The notes under the pieces: model-generated
What the model saw: the letters and a program-made list of their open reading frames with translations, nothing else
Told to the model about the DNA's origin: nothing
Database searches by the model: none
Translations under genes and position numbers: made by a program
NCBI GenBank assembly: GCA_963743795.1
Contig: CAVUQZ010000004.1
Span: 429,992-493,991, forward strand
Direction of reading: 5' to 3'
Length of the DNA: 64,000 nt
From: an uncultured Chloroflexia bacterium
GTDB taxonomy: Bacteria; Chloroflexota; Limnocylindria; Limnocylindrales; CSP1-4
Part shown: positions 59,786-64,000 of the stretch, one piece after another
Layout: each line of letters opens with the position of its first letter
How positions within the stretch are numbered: the stretch's first letter is position 1

Positions 59786-60755
59786 TCTTGTAGATCGGCG
59801 TGACCCAGTGCCGGAATGCCGGAAGGCGACCGCGCACAGCGTCGAAGTAGGTCTTGCTGATCCGCTTGGAGATCGGCCACACACGCCCGTCGCCGACAGG
59901 ACGGTGATCCACGGAAGCGACGGGTGAGACCTGCGCGCCGGTGCCGCACAGGAAGACCTCGTCCGCTATGTAGAGCTCGGTCCGGTCGATCTGTCGCTCT
60001 GTGAAGGGGATGTCCAGGTACTTGGCGATTTCGAAGATCCCGGCCCGAGTGATCCCTTCGAGGATGTCGTCGCTGACCGACGGCGTGATCAGGACACCAT
60101 CGCGGACCATGAACAGATTCTCGGCCGAGCCTTCGGAGACGTGGCCGTCGGCGGTCAGGACGATCGCTTCGTCGAAGCCGTTCAGCATCGCCTCGGTCTT
60201 GGAGAAAGCCGGATTGACGTAGCTGCCGGTGATCTTGCTGCGCGACGGGATCGAGATGTCGCTCGTGCGCCGCCAGGAGACGGTGCCGGTCGAGATCCCC
60301 TTCTGCGTGTCGATGTAGTCGCCCATCGGCACGGCAAGCACGTAGAAGTCGTGGGTCAGGCCGTGCAGTTTGACGCCGATCGCTTCGGTGCTCTTGTAGA
60401 CCGAGGGACGGCAGTACGCATCCTCGTGGAACTCGTTGCGTCGAAGGACCTGCTTCACGATTTCCGTGAACTCGTCGACGGAAGGCAGCTCCGACATCAG
60501 CATGATCTTGCTGGAGTTGCGCAGGCGGACTATGTGCTCCTTGACACGGAGCGCGTAGAGCTGCTTCTCCTCGGCGTTCCAGTAGGCCCGAATGCCCTCG
60601 AAGACCGCCGTCCCATACAGGAACGCGTGAGTCATGAGCGGAATGCGAGCCTCGCCGAGCGGTACGTAGGCGCCCTGGAAGAAGCAGACGAGGCTGCTCT
60701 GGTCCGGCTTCGCGGCCGCGCCCGCGGCGGCGGCAGTGGCATGCTCCGTGACCAT
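59778..60755 (-). CDS. ilvE: branched-chain amino acid aminotransferase (class IV)
   Basis: 325 aa, FLYGTAVFEGIRAY, SKITGSYVN, AENLFMV, L.GITR-type motifs. Confidence 0.88.
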   Translation of the reverse strand: MVTEHATAAAAGAAAKPDQSSLVCFFQGAYVPLGEARIPLMTHAFLYGTAVFEGIRAYWNAEEKQLYALRVKEHIVRLRNSSKIMLMSELPSVDEFTEIVKQVLRRNEFHEDAYCRPSVYKSTEAIGVKLHGLTHDFYVLAVPMGDYIDTQKGISTGTVSWRRTSDISIPSRSKITGSYVNPAFSKTEAMLNGFDEAIVLTADGHVSEGSAENLFMVRDGVLITPSVSDDILEGITRAGIFEIAKYLDIPFTERQIDRTELYIADEVFLCGTGAQVSPVASVDHRPVGDGRVWPISKRISKTYFDAVRGRLPAFRHWVTPIYKSE

Positions 60756-60851
60756 GGTTCGACGCTCCTGGTGCTCTCCGCCGATCTCACAAACGGGGTC
60801 CCAGTATAGCGGGCCAGGATCGGGCCCAGCCTGAAGGCAGAAGAAAGGGCG

Positions 60852-61896
60852 TCAGCCCACCAACGACATCAGCGTGGCTACCACCAGGCCAACGTAGAGC
60901 GCGTAGAAGATGCCGCCGATCATCAAGACTCGGGCGTCGAGCCTGCGGCGGATCACCATCGGCAAGAGGATGGCCGCAGACGACGCGAAGGTGATGCCGG
61001 CCGACGCGAAGGCGACACCGGCGCCGCTGACCGACCACAGCGTCGGCGCGAACAGCAGCGCGACGGAGGTGGGAATCGCGCTCTGGAAGACCATCGCCCC
61101 GGTTATGTTGCCCATCGCGAGCGTGTCCTTGCCCTGGCGGATCCAGATCACGCTATTGAGCTTCTCAGGGAGCTCCGTCGCGATGGGGGCGATGACGAGC
61201 GCGAGGAGCCGCCCGTCGAGCCCGAGCCCGCTCGAGAGGTCCTCGATGGCGCGGACGAACCCCCAGGCCCCGCCGACGATGCAGGCGAGGGCGAAGAGAA
61301 CCTGAACGGTCACGATCCGCAGCCGCGGATGTTCCGGATGAGCCGGGGCTCGCCGATCGAGCTTGTGGAAGCGGAGCGGCGACAGCTCGTTGTGTTCGGC
61401 TGCCTCGGCCCTGAGATGGCCCATGACGTACCACGCATAGGCAGCCAGCAGCAGGAGGGAGGCGGCCGCGTCGGGCCCACTCCAGCTCGACGGGAAGCAA
61501 GGCAACGCCCACGGCCAGGCCGTACGTGCCGAAGAAGTAGGCCATGTCGTGGCCCAGCACGCCGGTGTCCACCACGAGGTCCTCGCGGGAGGCGCGCCGC
61601 TTCCGAAGCAGGAAGACGGCCGACCCCGAGACGAACATGGCAAGCGTCGAAAGCATGAACGGCGCGCCGAGAATGGCTCCTACGCCGACCTCGCTGGCCG
61701 CGATGCCGCCCCCGAATATGATCGCGATCAGCGGGATCATCGTCTCGGGCAGGGCCGTGCCCACGGCGGCAAGAACAGAGCCGACCGCCCCCTCGGCCAG
61801 CTCGAGCTTGCGACCGAACCATTCGATACCGTTCGTGAACAGCTCGGCGCCGGTCAGGATGACGACGAACGACAGGATCAGCAGGAGAACGTCCAA
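60852..61896 (-). CDS. CaCA-family cation/Ca2+ exchanger, one apparent +1 frameshift near 61485-61495
   Basis: ORF 61165..61896 (AVGTALPET alpha-repeat) is homologous up to GVALLP. ORF 60852..61643 continues with SSWSGPDAAASLLLLAAYAWYV ... APIATELPEKL (second alpha-repeat). Confidence 0.8.
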
Positions 61897-61945
61897 CTCA
61901 CCCTCCGGTCCGACCTACTCGACCGTAGGCCGGACTTGGAACAAG

Positions 61946-62224
61946 CTATGGGCGAACGTGCTGAGGAGCGTACGGAAGCAGGGCCACTATCCTGGCGCGC
62001 TTCAGCGCCACAGCCAGCTGGCGCTGGTGATTGGCGCAGGTTCCGGTCTTGCGGCGCGGCTCGATCTTGGCTCGCTCCGACAGGTAGCGACGGAGCCGAT
62101 TGACTTCCTTGTAGTCGATCATGACGGTCTTGTCCGCGCAGAACGTGCACACCTTGCGGCGGCGGCGGTCGCGGTAGTAGTCGTCACGCTTGGCGCGGGT
62201 CTTCTCTCGCGGGTAGGCAGGCAT
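61946..62224 (-). CDS. rpsR: 30S ribosomal protein S18
   Basis: 92 aa, [53 protein letters not shown]. Confidence 0.95.
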   Translation of the reverse strand: MPAYPREKTRAKRDDYYRDRRRRKVCTFCADKTVMIDYKEVNRLRRYLSERAKIEPRRKTGTCANHQRQLAVALKRARIVALLPYAPQHVRP

Positions 62225-62307
62225 CTCTTTTGTGGTCCTCTGTTCGTGATGGCCGCGTGAGTCACGCGGCTAGTTGATTCGTAGAGTCGACTCGGCGGCC
62301 TGGATCG

Positions 62308-62757
62308 TCAGAACGGCAGCTCGTCCAGGTCGCTGGAACCGAGGTCGTCGCCCGGGCCGGCCGGAGCCGGCGGTGTTCCGCCTCTCGCAGGTCGAGCGCC
62401 GACGGGTTCCGCGGCGCCCTCTTCTCGCGGTCGCGGGTCGAGCGGCGTCACGGTGTTGGCGATCAGTTCTGTGGTGTAGTGCTTCTGACCGTCCTGGCCC
62501 TCCCAGGTACGTGTCTGGAGTCGACCTTCCACGTAGACCTTGCGGCCCTTTCGAAGGTATTCAGCGGTCCTCTCGGCGAGCGCGGCCCAGGCCACCACCC
62601 GGAACCACTCGGTCTCTTCTTTCCACTCGCCGCTGGCGTCCTTGTAGTTGCGGTTGACGGCGACCGTGAATTGGGTCACCGCCTGGCCGTTGGGCGTATA
62701 CCGCATCTCCGGGTCGCGACCGAGATTGCCGATGATCATCGCCTTGTTCAACGACAT
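62308..62757 (-). CDS. ssb: single-stranded DNA-binding protein
   Basis: MSLNKAMIIGNLGRDPEMRYTPNG, an OB fold, and the acidic tip DLDELPF. Confidence 0.95.
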   Translation of the reverse strand: MSLNKAMIIGNLGRDPEMRYTPNGQAVTQFTVAVNRNYKDASGEWKEETEWFRVVAWAALAERTAEYLRKGRKVYVEGRLQTRTWEGQDGQKHYTTELIANTVTPLDPRPREEGAAEPVGARPARGGTPPAPAGPGDDLGSSDLDELPF

Positions 62758-62790
62758 CGAGCGTGCCTCCAGCTCCGCGTCATGCGGGCC

Positions 62791-63213
62791 TCAGTCGATC
62801 GCGGCAGGTGCCGCCTCGCTCTCGGACTCGTCGATCAGCTCGCCTTCCTCAACGAGCTCATCCTCCTCGGCGGGAGGTGCGACCTCGACGTCGGCTTCGG
62901 CGTCGTGTCCACGGGCCGCCCGGATCGGGCGCTCCACCCGAGTGACGAGGTGGCGCAGCACTTCCTCGCTGATGAGCAGACCGCGCTCGAGCTCGGAGAT
63001 CCCGGTCGCCGGCGCCTCGAAGAGGATGACGTAGTACGAGCCTTCGCGATGATGGTCGATGGGGTAGGCCAGTCGACGGCGGCCCCACGGGGCCTGCTTG
63101 ACGATCTGGCCGCCGCCGGCCGCGATGGCCCGGGCGGTTCGCTCGAGCGTCGCCTGGACCTTGTCTTCCGCAAGATCGGGGCGTAGCACGAGCATTAGTT
63201 CGTAACGGCGCAT
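62791..63213 (-). CDS. rpsF: 30S ribosomal protein S6 with an acidic tail
   Basis: ATG 63211-63213, MRRYELMLVLRPDL, WGRRRLAYPI. Confidence 0.93.
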   Translation of the reverse strand: MRRYELMLVLRPDLAEDKVQATLERTARAIAAGGGQIVKQAPWGRRRLAYPIDHHREGSYYVILFEAPATGISELERGLLISEEVLRHLVTRVERPIRAARGHDAEADVEVAPPAEEDELVEEGELIDESESEAAPAAID

Positions 63214-63542
63214 GCGCCAACGTCTCCTTCCCATGGGTATGCCCCGATGCGCGAGCGACAACGCCGGTCGGTCGGAGCCGAAAGGACTCGCGCATTCTAT
63301 CAGGCTCGGTCTGCCGAGGCCGCCGACGGGCCAGGCGTTTGGCGAGTGGACGGCCAGATCCAGCCTCCTGCCTCCGGCCCGACCTCGTCACCCGGACGTA
63401 GGGGCAGTACCAAAGTTTTGTCGGTAGTCGGCCCCATGCGCCTATGCTGATGCGAGCCTTGGGGCACCAGAACCTTTATCACCAACAATCCCGCCCCGAG
63501 GGTTGCGGGCGAACGTCGGCCTCGTTTGAGAAAGGAGGTACT

Positions 63543-63704
63543 GTGTTATCGGCCCTTCATCGCGAGGAAGGACAAGGTCTCGCGGAGTACGCACTCATAC
63601 TCGTTTTCATCGCTCTGGCCGCCATCGTGGCTGTCGCGTTCTTCGGCGCGAATCTCAGCACATTGCTCAGCACAGATTGGCGAAGCGTCGGTGCGGTGCT
63701 GTGA
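63543..63704 (+). CDS. flp: Flp/Fap-family type IVb pilin precursor
   Basis: AAAGGAGG plus 4 nt plus GTG. 53 aa with VLSALHREEGQGLAEYALILVFIALAAIVAVAFFG. It carries the G-x4-EY processing motif followed by a hydrophobic helix. Confidence 0.75.
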   Translation: MLSALHREEGQGLAEYALILVFIALAAIVAVAFFGANLSTLLSTDWRSVGAVL

Positions 63705-63726
63705 GGTGGCCGGCCACCTGAAATGA

Positions 63727-63757
63727 GACGGGCCGCGTCAGCGGCCCGTCTTTCTTT
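63727..63757 (+). terminator. intrinsic terminator after flp
   Basis: GACGGGCCGC-gtca-GCGGCCCGTC (perfect 10-bp stem) followed by TTTCTTT. It is preceded by a second perfect palindrome GGTGGCCGGCCACC (63705-63718). Confidence 0.8.
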
Positions 63758-63875
63758 GCCCACCAGCCGCCGCGCTAGGCGCATCGCCCCCCACAGCCCG
63801 AGGTCCGCTCACCCTTCGGGCGGCGCCCTGCCTCGTCACCGTAGCCCGCGGGCCACGCAGGGCGAATCGCGTCCC

Positions 63876-63962
63876 TGGTGCCGGAGCAGGGGTTCGAACC
63901 CTGACGCCCTTGCGGGCAGCGGATTTTAAGTCCGCCGCGTCTGCCAGTTCCGCCACTCCGGC
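63876..63962 (-). tRNA. tRNA-Leu (anticodon UAA), CCA encoded
   Basis: Hand-folded 87 nt: acceptor GCCGGAG/CTCCGGC, anticodon stem GCGGA/TCCGC with loop CTTAAAA, long variable arm GCCC..GGGC, T arm CAGGG-TTCGAAC-CCCTG, 3-prime ACCA. Confidence 0.9.
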
Positions 63963-64000
63963 ACGTCCGCAAGGTTAGCGCCCGCCGAAAGAGGGGGCGC

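Overview
A 64-kb high-GC (by eye about two-thirds to 70% G+C) bacterial chromosomal segment made almost entirely of core housekeeping genes. I call 59 CDS and one tRNA on the minus strand and 4 small CDS on the plus strand. Reading the minus strand from 64000 to 1 the order is: tRNA-Leu, rpsF-ssb-rpsR, cation exchanger, ilvE, GT2 glycosyltransferase, ileS, lspA, rluD, gmk, priA, def, fmt, rlmN, rpe, PAP2 protein, dtd, (rpmB on +), asp23, DAK2/YloV, recG, rsmD, coaD, DivIVA-like, yceD, rpmF, plsX, asp23, nusB, acpP, rnc, smc, ftsY, ffh, unknown membrane protein, rpsP, KH protein, rimM, trmD, rplS, rnhB, yraN, rpsB, tsf, pyrH, frr, uppS, cdsA, dxr, rseP, ispG, a 1.6-kb non-conserved island, proS, nusA, ylxR, infB, rbfA, nrnA, truB/ribF, rpsO, pnp. 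This is the ancient Firmicutes/Actinobacteria-type order in a very compact form. I saw no CRISPR array, transposase, integrase, prophage or recognisable defence system, and I cannot point to a convincing novel multi-gene system. Five things are worth a second look. (1) About 18 single-base reading-frame breaks, nearly all behaving as +1 insertions, mostly in essential genes and concentrated between 15 and 24 kb; these are most likely consensus errors. (2) Several conserved genes have only a CTG, ATA or GTA codon at the proper distance from a strong Shine-Dalgarno site. (3) truB and ribF form one stop-free in-frame ORF. (4) The island at 10.8-12.4 kb carries an ORF with a tandem C-X9-C-X5-H-X3-H repeat and a 40-aa lipoprotein. 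(5) There are unexplained noncoding stretches, an inserted unknown membrane protein in the ffh-rpsP operon, and an orphan Flp pilin gene. All functional calls rest on motif and family recognition by eye; no database search was run.
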